Below, piece by piece: positions 40,001 to 53,121 of a stretch of DNA of 64,000 nucleotides. Both the position numbers and the translations under genes were made by a program. Under the pieces are notes generated by a model. It searched no databases. It was given only the letters and a program-made list of their open reading frames with translations, and was not told the DNA's origin. Numbering within the stretch: the stretch's first letter is position 1; every line of letters starts with the position of its first letter. The DNA lies in the NCBI RefSeq assembly GCF_001949145.1, contig NW_019091355.1, positions 5,526,517 through 5,590,516 of the forward strand, given 5' to 3'. Source of the stretch: Acanthaster planci. Lineage: Eukaryota.

Positions 40001-41914
40001 CTTCACTTCCATGTCAGATTTCAAAAAACATTCAAGTGACAGTCGAATTCTTGGGGGGGGGGGTTCTACCCTTTGACATGAACTTGGTCCGAAAAGCCCG
40101 GCTCTGCTTGGGGGTTAAAGAGGCCAAGATTCTCATATGGCAAAAAGGAAAATGTGCGACACGTGTTAAAGCTCTTTCAATTTCAGACCTCCATAGCGTC
40201 CCCTATCGGTAATCCTGCTTGAAATATATTGAACCGTCTGTCAACTCTTGTGGGTTTGAAAAGATCAGATCCTTGTCTTGAAAAATAAAAATAGGTTTCC
40301 TCTCTGTGTTCTTTTTCTCCGAGAGATATGAAAGAGTAAATTGCCGATGAGCTAAGTGATCGTGAATGAGATCGCCTCCGAGATACCGAATCACTAGCTA
40401 TTTCGATCGCCGCTTCATGACAGCCAAGTACATCTCAGAGTCAGAGCCGTGAAAGTCACGTACACCGTCTCTCTCCCATACCGTGACAACACTCCCCGAC
40501 CCTGCTCTTTTGTTTGACGAGGATCTGCCACGCGGTGATTTATGCTTTCCTTTATGTCCCCGGCGCTCTTTCGAAGAAGAAAAAACACACCTGAAAACGC
40601 ACGAAGCATGGCCCTCCTCCACCTGTCCCTCATAAGAAGTTGTCAGATGAAAATTAAGATAAGTCGTGAGTTATGGAGAGTGTGTAACCGGGGCAGCCGA
40701 GCTCGACATGAGCCTTGAGTTTGACAGACGTGCGAGGCAGAGATTCGCACGTCTTTCACGCACGGTTCTTCGCAACAACTCCGTAACTTGACTGCGCGAG
40801 TTCAAAGTTCAAATTCATCCTTACGGTATCGTTATTGGTTCTGCACATGATACTGCACAGTCACCTCACATCTCTAGGACATTTACCTTTTGTAATGGAG
40901 CGTTTGTACAGTTTTGTGTAGGTTATCCCACTCATTCAGCCATGTAATGTTCAGCGGCGTGTGTTTGGTCGGTAAGGNTGCATCCTTTTTTGAAATTGAT
41001 TGAACGGGACAACGAATTATGCAAAGTGAAAATTATGCAAAGTAATCTCCACGATACCTCTGAAAACTTCGTTCTTGCTTAACTGTTGGTGAAACTGGTC
41101 GGGTACAGACTTGACAAAGCTGAGCTGAAAAAGAAAAAGATCTACTTTTTATTATAAGTGATACCGTGACATATCAAGGTTTATGAAGGAACCGGCTTTT
41201 AGGCCTGAAATATTTTCACAATCCCTCGAAGTCTTATAATCACCAGCTGTGGAAAAGTCACAATAATAATGTGCAAGGGGGATGGACATTATTTTGCGGT
41301 ATTGGGTGGTACTCACATAGTGGTGCTTAACAGGCTACTTGAGCTGAGCTTCCTAACGTCAGTTGATTCGAAGGGGCCTGTATTCTTCTTGAGAATGATG
41401 CAGCGGTTATTCTCGAGTCATCAGTCTACAGTTCCTAGCGTAGCCGTGAAGAGCGGCGCCCGGATACGGATCTGGAAATTCATCCTTCACGCAGAAGAGG
41501 AACTCTGTTTAAGAGATTTCGTTTGAAGAGAGAGAGGGTAGAGATTGATGGGCTACATGGCGTGGCGTGAGATGACGTGGCAAGAATTTGGGAAGTGAAA
41601 ACAGGGAAGCATGTGTACGGGAAGAGAACCCCCATCCGCAACAAGATTGATGTGAGGCATTATTTTTTTTTTAAGTTGGAAGTTGTGATGGGGGGGGGGG
41701 TTATACGGGAATGACTCACTGTGAAAGACAGCGGCCGTCACCATGTGGCTCACATCTTTTCTTTTCCACAAAATGTAACGATTTCATGGGTCATTTTGGT
41801 TTGTATGCGGTTGTTGTAGTTAACGTTAGTTTTGGTCTGAAAGGGCGGCGCCGAACCGTTTTCTATGCAGAGAGCTGAGATGGTTGTAAGAATTTTAAGT
41901 AAGCATAATAACAA

Positions 41915-41972
41915 TGTAAAGCGGCTTTATGGTGGATTTGTGCGCTTTATAAAATCGTCGTAATGATTGATT
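41915..41972 (+). mobile_element. Second, more decayed L2-type LINE/SINE 3' tail
   Basis: tgtaaagcg...tgcgctttataaaat...tgattgatt has the same layout as 55858-55924. Confidence 0.45.
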
Positions 41973-44900
41973 TCCTCTTAATTAGCTTTTTAATCAATCT
42001 TAGATAATGTGTGAACGTCACCACTACTCCAGCTAACACCACCACCTTCAACGCAATCTTGCTCACCACAATTGCCGTGTCATTGCCTTTGTACAACCTA
42101 TCATAATCATCCCAACGAGTGCACCGCGTCTTGTTCATATTTCAATCCATATGTCGTAAATCATAAGGTCAGCATCTTCGTGTCATTTCATGCAAGACGC
42201 CCTCCACCACATGCTTTCCTGACCCATTGGAGGATGTCCCAGGGATGTTTACGATTCTTTCCAACCGTCCCAAACGAGTCATAAGGCTGTGCATTCCAGC
42301 GAGGGGTTCATCTCGGCTGACAAGCCAAGCGTTAACCGATATGACAAGGTTGCCGCGGATCAACCTGCCTGCAGACTTCGGTTCATAAACCTATCAATTA
42401 TCCTGTCAAAAAGTTGTCGGCGAGCCAGTATAATTAACCGCAGAGGCTGACAAGCGGGAGGGTTTCGGATTTTCTCCCTGGCTTTCAGCTGGCGTTAAAA
42501 TGGATGAATACAGGAAGCGAATACACTTTGGACAGGATGGTCGCAGGAGTTGCATTCTCAGAAAAGGTATATTATCGGCATGTCCATGATGGATGACACG
42601 CGTGGTGCACCTCTGTCGGTCGCCTTGACGTTGCAGATTTGTCAAAAAGCTATTAGCTTAAAAGTGTTAGTGCAGCGAGAAGGCAACAAGTTCACTTTCA
42701 TCCAACAATAACATTTGGAGGGAAGCAGGCTTGTGCACTTTGTCTGATATCTGATGGGAATATCGATTTCGTGTTTCAAAAAGACAACGGTTGATATTCA
42801 AACTGATAAGCAAGAAAAGTTTACCAGCCAAAATCTGGTTGGTTTTTGAAAAAAGTTTCAAGTGATGTAATCTTTTGAAACCTAAATGGTCCTTTTTTGC
42901 TTTGGCTTTAATAATTTGCATCATTGCTCGATAATTAAATAGGTGTGATAGGTGGAGGGTATAGCAACCAGGATCTCTGTATACATTATGTGGGTTTAAT
43001 GAACTGACTGGATGTCGTCCTCTTTGGTCTACTGGTCAAGCCAGTGTTTCTGTACTCTTGTTGAAGGTGAGAAGCTATCTCCGGTCACTGACGACGACAG
43101 GTGAATTTGTTCTGGGGTAAACATGCAAGACCCTCCCGTCTACTGCGGCAGGTTGGTCTGGGAGAGGAAGCATCTGAACACTGTCACTTCTCGCTGTGCT
43201 ACCGTACCGTCGGCTAGCCGCTTTAGAGCTGCTGAATTCTCTTCCTCCTAGCGACTTTCGAAATTAAGCGGTAACACCAATTCTGTCGGAGCACTACTGG
43301 CATCGGGGTGGGGGGGGGGGCTGCGCCGCGGATGTGTTCGGGCAACGTGTTTTCTAACAAATTAAAACGCTTTGTGTCACCGGCGTATCAAAGCCACCGC
43401 GACTGCTCGGGACATCTGTCCCGTCACCCGCTATCATTTCCTGACCGCGCACTGCAGTCTTGTCCGCTGCTTAACCGTCCCCGCCTGATACAATATAATC
43501 GGCGGTGCCGTTTGCTCAAATAATTAAAGGATTATTCAAGGGACATGGGGGCATATCCCGCTCACATTCATGTATCTCCTCCAGCTAGTCTCCATGGTGA
43601 CGGGGGAGATTGTGATTGGCGCCTGGAGCTTGTGACGTAATTATCGATGATTAAAAGAACTGCCGACGCGGCAGGTCTACCGCTAGGCTGGCTCTTCTCT
43701 TCGGATCCCCCCCCCCCTTATTTCCCACAAGGGTGAAATGACAGTACGAGAAAATGTGGCAGAAATAAAATCTCAGCGGGTGCCGGTGAAACGGTATTAT
43801 CTTAAGAGAGCCATCAAAATTGTGTGATTGAATCCAGACAAACAGAAACTCGGCGGCCGGCGAGTGGGAGCCTATTGAAGCCGCGGAGGCAAACTTGGCT
43901 TCAGTACAACCATCATCATGGTACAGCAACGCTAAGCTGTCAAAAATTCGGATGAAAAGCACGGCAGCTCCATGTGTAGGGCCTCGAGGCGTCGGGGCTG
44001 TTCTTCGTATACTTTTTTTGGTTTTTTGGTGGTTGCGGTGTGGTGATGACGCAAACCGTCTTGAGGAGATTCCCAGGCGGTGCAAGGCGTGAGACTTCCT
44101 CACTTGGCGGGGGAGCAGGCCCGGTGATGTTGGATGACACTCGTTTAGCCTCCGATATGACGATTTAGGCCCGGGGATGCAGGCTGTAATGTTCGAACTG
44201 TGCGTCATAGAAGAAACAGCCAAGAAACATATGAAAAAACAAAAAGAGGCCCTACTCTAAAATTGGCCACTTTTTAATCCAGTAGCAAGCACTGTAGAAT
44301 CAGAAGGGAATTTACTTCCATGAAAAAAAGTGTGAACTTTATTTTGAAAATGTGAATGTTGCGAATTTGAACAAAATTAATGCTGAAGTTTGGACATTGG
44401 AAACCTAGTTACTGTACACTTTAAATTGGATAGCACCCTCTTTTAGCGAGGAGTGTCGATTACGCTCGTTCAAAGGCAGATCTTTCCTTTCAAATCTCAG
44501 TGTCGCCATCATCATCACAAACGTATATCAGAAATCTACATGTGGGATGCTCGATTTTGTTTTATGCTTCCCTTTACTTGTGGCCCCTGGCCCAGGTCTA
44601 GCACCTAGTATACATCCCAGTCCCTGTGTACTGACATTATGTCGCATAAAATTATAGTATGACTTGGCTATCGATACAAAAAGCGTTGTTTTAATCAAAC
44701 ATCTGTAGAGGAATGTATAGATTCACTGTCGTCTCTCTTCACCGGAATCATGGTGCCTGACTAACCAACCCCTTCCCCCAAATGCTGTCATCAAATTCAG
44801 CTTTGGAATTCCTTTGATGGCTCGCCGAACTGACATCGCAATTTCCCGTCGTCCCAAATGCTGCTATCCCATGGGGTCTTGGCCCCGAATTCCCTACCCT

Positions 44901-47900
44901 ATGGGATCTAGAAACGTCTGCAAAACCACTTTTCCCCCTGTCACCGACTTTTAATTCAACATGCCAGCGGCGGCACACCATACCGGCACTGCACCGAGAC
45001 GTGCAAGTTATCGCTCTGAAATTTTAATCGAAATAAATGCTTTGACTTTCCGACTTTTCCGGTGATCAATATCTCGGCATGCGAAAATCCAATTTATTTG
45101 ACAAAAAAATGGATGAATGGAGATCTAGAAATTGATTCGGTGGAAGCAGCAGTCATTGGAAACATTTGTTTGAAGTATTGCTGACTTTTCCCCATCAACA
45201 GCCGCCTAAGGCCGCTTTTACTCTCGGCCAATTTTACGGAGCTTGTATAGACTGCTGGTAAATTGAACAGAGTTTCAATGACGCTTCACTGGTTGGCTGA
45301 GTTGCCTCTCGGAATCTTAAGGTATAAACATCACCAGATTTCATTACCTTCCTCGTTTCAGGTTTTGCGAAAGTTTTTGTCTGACCTAAGTAAATAAATA
45401 AACGGAGAAAAGGCCATTTGTTTCGCGCGAAACGACAAGAAATTCATTTGTGTAATAATGCCCTCTGTCTTGCAGGACACTTGAGAGTGATAAAAGGAAG
45501 CTTCCCTAAACAATGTCGATGATGTAATTCATCAAACAGCCTCGTAAGATTCGCTCCGAAATGCTCCAATCTCCAACTGTCGGCTTGTCAACCGAACTAT
45601 GCAGATGTTGACCTCTGCACACCCAGGCTCACTAAGCGCGGTGTGTTATATACCGCCTTGTTTTATTATCGACAACATTTCTCATTTGATGTCAATTTGT
45701 CATTAAGGCGCTGTATCTGTGGGTAGCCTCCGCACAGCCCCAGAAGAGCGTCTGTGACGAGTCAGAGCTGTGAAGCTGACGGCTGCTATAGAGCGCCAAA
45801 TGTGTCAATGATCGTCACGAGCTTCAGTGATGTCTGCCACCCATAAACATGTGCAATGCATTTTGCTGATCACATTACTACGTGTATTGTGTGATGTCAA
45901 GTGACAACATTTGTCTTCAAATGAATCCTGAATTGGGAAAGGATCACAGCAGAAGACCCCAAAATCCATGGACTTTAAGTTGAAATGTACCCCATCGCAA
46001 AGTACAACCCAAATAATATTCTGCCAACTTTTCAGCCCATGTGGCAAACACCTGAACTGTGATCCAGTCAAGTCAAACGTTGATAATGAGTTGAACCGCA
46101 TGGCTATAGTCACAGGAAATTGACAAAGAAATTTGGTTCATATGACTTGACCTGATACCGGATGAACTTGTCATAGGGTTGTTAGTGACTTACGATGACT
46201 TGATCGTTATGCACCGGATGATGCCGACATGAATTTGTTTGTTTCAGCATTTCTTACCAACGGAGACTGCTTGTTTCCCCCCGCAATAGTCAGTACAGTA
46301 GTCTGGCCCCAAGTCAGCTGAGTTGAATTTTTCCTAAACGAAGTAGTTAAAGAATCTGTCCACAGATTTGTGCCTAGTTTAAGATTTTGTAAGTCAAGTG
46401 CCGCTGAATGGTGCAAACCGGCCGTACTGAGCACGCTGTAGGCCTATGGCACATAATCCAGCATGTGCAGGTGTATAGTTCGTTTCACGTTTAAGGTATG
46501 ATGCGCTGGGCTCTTTACTGTCGTGGCTGTCTCCTTCAATAGCATTATACATGTTTATACGTATTACCCTTCAAACTGATTCAATGAACTTATTCGTCCT
46601 ATGACAGTGGTCTCCGTTCAAGACGTTATACATGAATATGGATCTTAATTTCTCAACCATCAACTTGGTTTTTTTCCTGTGGTCTTTTCGTACCAAGTGG
46701 TACAAAACTCACGCAAAACAGCTGCTTTATGTCTCAGCGTTTCTTAAACCATAACAAATTCATACAGGATATTTTTTTATTTGGGATTACAAAGGTGAGT
46801 TTGTCCGAGTCATAATTCGGGTTACTGAGGCCGTGTCCGAAACGGATTTTCAGAACTACGGCTATATTGTCTGCGTGTCTCTGTATATTTTCAATAAAGT
46901 GAAGACCTAAACCTAGCTCTGGACAAGAGATTCGGATGCATGCAGCCTAACTTGATTCCACCAAATTCACACAAAAGAAACCCCCAAGTCTGGCCTTTGT
47001 CGTCGCATGCCTCCCCATGGGGGGATTCGGCCGCCGCACATGATCCTGCTTTATACGGGACATGTGTCAGACCATAGCTCTATGGTCAGACCACAAAGGG
47101 AACAAAACGCCAAGCCCCCGTTTTCACAAAACCACTCTGGGTGATTATGAAACCATCGGCTTGCCATACCCATCCCTGCTGCGAGGCCCGGGGACCGGCG
47201 GTGTGGGCTGTTTGTTCCTGTCGGCTTCGCCTCTGTTGTCGCCCGTCCAGTAGACGATAAATATTGTGTTTTGCCTGTCTTGCTGTGCGGATACCGACAG
47301 CTGAGTTTACTGTCAGTCCCTCGAGCCGATAAGCTGCGTTGTCCTGTCCGTTAATGTCAATGAAATATCGCTGTTGTATCGATAGAGAATATACCATCTG
47401 TAAATGTTGTATACCAGGCAAGATATGGGACGGAGGGGTATCCCCTTACCTGTCCAATCCCAATACACACTCTAGACCATTGTTACCTAACACATCCCCC
47501 CTAGAAGTCAGTAAAAAATTCATGAGATTCCGATCAAACACTGACCAACACAAAGGCAGGGGGGGTTCTCTCCGTCCCATATCTTGCTTCAAATGAAATG
47601 TTGTAGGAACCAACAACAATCGCATCAGCTCAGACCAACGGGAGCTTGTGGCGTTTCATTTGCGCGTTTTACATGAGAACAAATCAAGGTCACACCTGCT
47701 TTAGGGACAGTATTAGGCGCATTCTCTTTATACTAACAAAAGTGAGTAACTTTCTTCCCACTCCCTTTCGCACAATGGTCAATATTCCAACTCACATGTA
47801 CATGTAGAAGAAAACTCGTCAGAGACGAGTAATTTTTTTCACGAGACTGCAGTGACAGAGGAAACTTTGCGATCATCTAAGCACTTTCCAAACAACGACT

Positions 47901-50900
47901 TCGACTCTATGGTAAGTTTAAGATCATTCTGATTGACAGCAATTACACTAATGAAAGACCTTATGAGAAGCTGTAATCACTCGTGTTGAAAACAGAGTCT
48001 GGCCTGACCGCTTTGGAACCTATGATAAGCGATACCAGCGGTGATTGACGTGCAGCATTTGCCCACTGCGGACTGGGCGGCGGACACCCGACCACAGTCA
48101 ACCCTCGCGTAATCAGACCTGGCATATTACGGATACGTGAACTACTCGTCTGAGGATACCGCAGGGGCCACCCACCTTAACGTGTCCTATTACGAATGCA
48201 GTGAGTGGATGGAGGACCAATCAAAGCGATGGAAATATGAAAGGTCTCGAACGAGTAGTTAATGACCCAGAAATAGGATTTGAGAAAAGGTGCACTTAGA
48301 CGCGAAAAACAACGGCAATTTTTCATGGTCTGGTCGGCCAGCGTGTTTTTTTTTTAAAATTACACAACTATCAGGGATGTACATGTACTTTCCTGTGGGA
48401 AAATGGTTCAGCTTGCTTGAGAGAACAGTCTTGGCGCATTGTGGGAGCATCCTTTGTTGACATGCCGGACTTTACTTCCGTCTGAAAATATCCTCGAGAG
48501 CCACGATTTTAGCCTTTATTCAAGTCGGACTTCCCCAGCATGTTTTGTAAAGAACTTGATTCTGCGACCGGCCGACGTCAGAAATTATCTTTTCCATTTT
48601 CACGAAGTTAATGAGATTGGACCTAAATCAAGTCTTTATTTAGCAGGAAATTCCAGCAACACAGTCGGTGTCAGGAAACTCACAGTTTTAATATTAACCT
48701 CAGTTTAGATTAAGACCGGTTGAACAGTCTAGTCTCATGATACTATCAATTTTTCTTTGGACGTTTTCCGAGTCTTGGTTCCGTCGGCAGCATGGATTGC
48801 AGGCTCCGCAAAGTCATAATTTCATATATCAATTTAATAATCTGGGTCAATTTTTCTGGAGCACAACCATCCAATCTTCTAAACGATCAGATATTTGATT
48901 TTTATTAGTATTAGTTTGTGTCGTGCATTCATGATTTCCAAAATGGTTCTAAAGTCGGATACACATGAGAGTTCAATGTTGCTTTATGGAGAAAATTATA
49001 ACCGTCTACGGCATATCGTTTGAGGGCGCACTTTGTCCCAGCGGTGAAAATTTCTTGTTCCATACTAACGGTTGAGTCGTAGACTCCCAACTTGTCGGAA
49101 ACGAAGCAAATAAACGACTTGCACCTGCATTGCCGCGTTTCGCAAATTACGATATGGTTTCAATCCTTGCCGTGGGCTGGCCAAATCACGAGGTCTCTGT
49201 AACTGGTACTGTCTCCAATATTAGATTTTAATGTCCCGCGAGCGTCTAGTTCTGCCCTGCCAGTACAGCTCTGTTCTGCCAAACGGAATCTGGAAAAGCC
49301 GGTTTGATGTATTATTTAGCGGTGTTTTCTGTGGCTTTTTTCCCCTTATGTGGCCGTGACTGGGAGGGCAGGATGGCAAGCGGCCTGAACAAACTGAGAC
49401 GGGCCTTTCATCCGCGCCGCTTCCCGGTAGGACCTCCTTGGCTCTCGGTCGGGTGCGACGGTCCGAGTTGATGATAATGTCAATTTGGATTTGAGGTGGG
49501 CAGATTCGAGATGATGGCTTGATGAACCAGATCCAGCCTGGGCCAGTCTCCGAGCCCAGACCCTCGCATTTCTACTGCGGTTGGGCACCGCTGACCAGGT
49601 TAGGAGGGAATGAAACTGCCTTGTTGGCGGTCACCGCTTCGGGGATGAGACGAAATTTCGCCAAGCTGAAATCCAATCTGAAGACACGTAGTTGTAACAG
49701 TCTTATGGGTGGTTTGTGTCAACACAATTATTGATTCGACTGCAAGTCGTGGGAATCGAAATAACAAAGCTTGACTGCAGTGCTGTGCACTGAACCTCAC
49801 TCAGAATAGTGGAATAAATGTAGAAAGTCGCATTTCAAAAGATATGAAAGATACACGGTGTATTAGTTTTCATCTCATCATCTGCTCATCGTCCCTGATG
49901 TTGACCGTCAGCCAATTTTAGTCTTATTAGTTGTGGCCTCTGCACTTTCTTTGCTTTACATTTACCTCATCACCCTCAATAATTTCAATGACCTCAGCTA
50001 AATTTATGCTTTCCTGGGTCTGTTTCGTCAAGCAGTTCCCTGAGTTTGTCTACACTCATGCACCCCCATCCATCACTGACTCCGTCTCACGTCCTATCGG
50101 GGTCTTCCTCCTTTCGTGTATCCAGTCTCCCCTCTTTCCCCTACCTAGTTTAATTATCATCGAGCCTGTCACCTTGCCATCATCTCTTCTCTTCATCTCA
50201 TCTCCTGTCACTGACCTTCCCTAGCCTTGGAGGGGGGGTATAGATACGAGGAGAGAGAGTCATCCTCTCCCCACATCTCGCCGGCTGACTTGCACCCGGT
50301 TGTGACATCCCCAAGACGCGGAGATGAAACCAAGATGATATTTCCGTTGGCTGGCCTGTCTTGTCGCGCTGTCTTCGGCGGGGCGGGCTCTCCACTGCTC
50401 ACTGAACCGTGCAGATTGGAGAAGAGTACATAACAATGCGCAGATCCATTGGGAGACAGATTGCACTATCCATGTCAACGTGGTTCAACTTGCCTTGAAT
50501 ACCATTCGGTTTTGTAATGTTGCAAGTTTATCACTTTATTTCAAAGTACACTTTAACAGTGCAAAATTGAGACCACCAAAGAGACAAATCTTGGTTGCCT
50601 CTGGTTATAATTCGCAGAATGCTTTTTTATCTTTTACCGAAAATAACACGAAGAGTGATTAGAGACGGATGTTCACGGGACACAAGGTAGGCTTGTGTTT
50701 TGTTGTTCAGAAAACTGAGTCGCATATAATTTCGGACTCGACGAAAAACGACCCCTCGACCACGGTACGCATTCTTGTTATTCACAAGCAATAAGAACAT
50801 ACACGTGAGGAAATTTCATGCAAGTCGAAATTTCATCCGTCGCTGTAGCAAAACGCTTGTCCTATACCCACCATGTCCTCGGGCATCGGTGCTCTCAACG

Positions 50901-50990
50901 ATAATAGTTGTATCCATTGTGTCAGACTAATAGAATGACCGACATTAATGCTTGTTATTATATTGTCCTGCTGGAGCGAGGTTCTGTGGT

Positions 50991-51089
50991 TCCGTATACG
51001 GAGAGGATGGACAGATCATCCTCGATGACGTAATGAGTTGCGACACAGCCAATAAAAATGACGCCCGCTTGAAACTGCAGTAAAGTAGG
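50991..51089 (+). pseudogene. Possible degenerate SRCR-domain exon fragment
   Basis: Reads SVYGEDGQIILDDVMSCDTANKNDARL and, after a 1-nt shift, NCSKVG followed by |gtaagt. This loosely resembles the SRCR core YG.G.G.I.LDDV.C.G.E..L..C...GW. The resemblance is by eye only. Confidence 0.25.
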
Positions 51090-53101
51090 GTAAGTGTACC
51101 AATCGGATTTTGCTTTGCAAAAGAATACATGTGACGTTACACTAATAAGCTTCAAAACTTCATCATCATGGGACGCTAATTGATAAAAATGACGTCTACC
51201 CCACTCACTGGAAAGGACACAAACATGCACACTCCATGAAGACATAGAGAGATTGTACTCGTCCATTTTACTGACTTAAGTCCTCTGTTTTTAGAGTGAG
51301 TAAGTTTTTTTAAAGTCATTCTCTTGAAATGTTATGGGGTTTTCTCATCGCTAGTTGACGCAAGAGGGCGCAACTTTAGGTTGGAGGTACTATGTTTACC
51401 GTTGAGAACCTGGTACCGTGACCTCTATGGTCTCTGGCTTTGAAGACGATTTTGAAGCAAAGAAATAAAGCTCATTCGTTGTACTGGCATAGTGTACTCG
51501 AATGTTGAGTTTTGCTTTAGGGGATACCTTTTGGGGGAGTTTATCTGTCAAACTGCGCCAAAAAGAAAAAGAAAAAATGAAAAAAGAAGTGAATAAATTC
51601 TGGCAAAAAAAGAAGCACTTTGTAGCAGTGCCAAGGGGAACACGGGTATGTCATGTCTGTATGTTATGATACGGCGGTGGCAGCTCTTGATGTAGTCCCC
51701 GCATAATTAAAAGTAAACACGCAACAGAAGGTTGATAGGCGCGTTGTTGGATCGATCGCCTGCGGTAGCCGGCCCGGCCAGCGGTTTCGCCCCAGCACGC
51801 TCAGCCGTCAAAACGTGCCCCGGAATACCGCCAGAAACTCCCCGCCAAGCACACGCTCCTCCCCAGAAACAAAAACACACTGTCAGGAGCGATCGCGCGG
51901 ATAATTCGGGGGCAAGTCCTGCAAAAGGGGCAAAAACCTGCACAACACTAGAACAAAAACAGGACGTGGATGCTTAATATCGCCGTGATATGAGCGACTT
52001 GATGGGGGGAGAGAAGCAAAGGGGGGCATTCCTGGGGGTAGAAAAACAAAAATCGAGCGAAGCAATTCCGAGGTTCCGACATCCCTAGGGCATGGATTGG
52101 CCGGGAAAGAGACAGAAAGCCGTTCATTGTCAGATATTTCTACTGAGCACACATCCGAGTAATCACAATGGAGATTTTAATGGTTGCCGGATTATTGCAT
52201 AGTTTCTACTGTGTACTAGCAGGAGGGTGCATTTAGGCGGTATCACCGAGTTAAAATCAAACACAAAAGCCAAACAAAACACAAACACTCGCAAAACACA
52301 AAAACAGATCAAGGATGCATGGTTGTCATTCCGGTTGCGATTAATACGTCTGACTCTTCAGCTTTTCTTACTACGGAACAAATGAGCAAAAACAGCATCT
52401 GATTAATTTATCCTTGTATCACTCGAGCAAAAGCTGCGATTGGTTTGAAAGCAGTGACAGACGTTAATTCACCCTACTTCCCTGGTTGTGAGTAAGCATC
52501 GAAGGAGCTCATCTTTCTCACCCAAAGTACCGTTATCTAAATTTGAATTCATTACCTATACTTCCCCACCGACATTGGCAGGTCCAGGCAAAGCCAACGG
52601 GGTCATGCCCCAATATTCAGGGGGGAAAAAATGAAACAACGACATTTCTAAAAGGATTTTGTTCACTCTCCTTCCTTCTAAAAGCCCCACAATTTAACTT
52701 TATCCCTCGAAAAGACCATAAAGGGGTACGCGAAGAGGTTTCCAAATTCATGGGCTGCTAACAACGATAATTTTGACACCTCCAAAATCGGTTCTGGATC
52801 CACCCTGGCCGTCCCAAATATACATTAGTAAGCATTGGCTCAAAGAAAAGAAACAATAATGGAATTTTAAAACCGCAAACATCCCAAAGAAAATAATTTT
52901 TATCCTCTAGCGATCCTCAAAGACAGTAGGAAAAACCACAAATTACCAGAAAAAAAACACAACCGTGATCATACCACATCCGCGCGAGGACAAAAAAGAC
53001 GCCTGCATTCAACGTGTTATCCCAGTAACACGATTACTGTGGCGTTATGGACGCAGGCGAGTGTCGGTTGTATCGACGGCTAACGCACCTGTAGGCTGTG
53101 C

Positions 53102-53121
53102 CTCTCTCTCTCTCTCTCTCC
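53102..53121. repeat. (CT)n microsatellite
   Basis: About 10 CT units. Confidence 0.8.

Noticed and set aside
40978..40978. Single ambiguous base (n)
   Set aside because: An assembly or consensus ambiguity, not a biological feature.
43651..44223. 190-aa minus-strand ORF, the longest outside the two genes
   Set aside because: Non-ATG start, random-looking composition, no domain, and no supporting splice structure.
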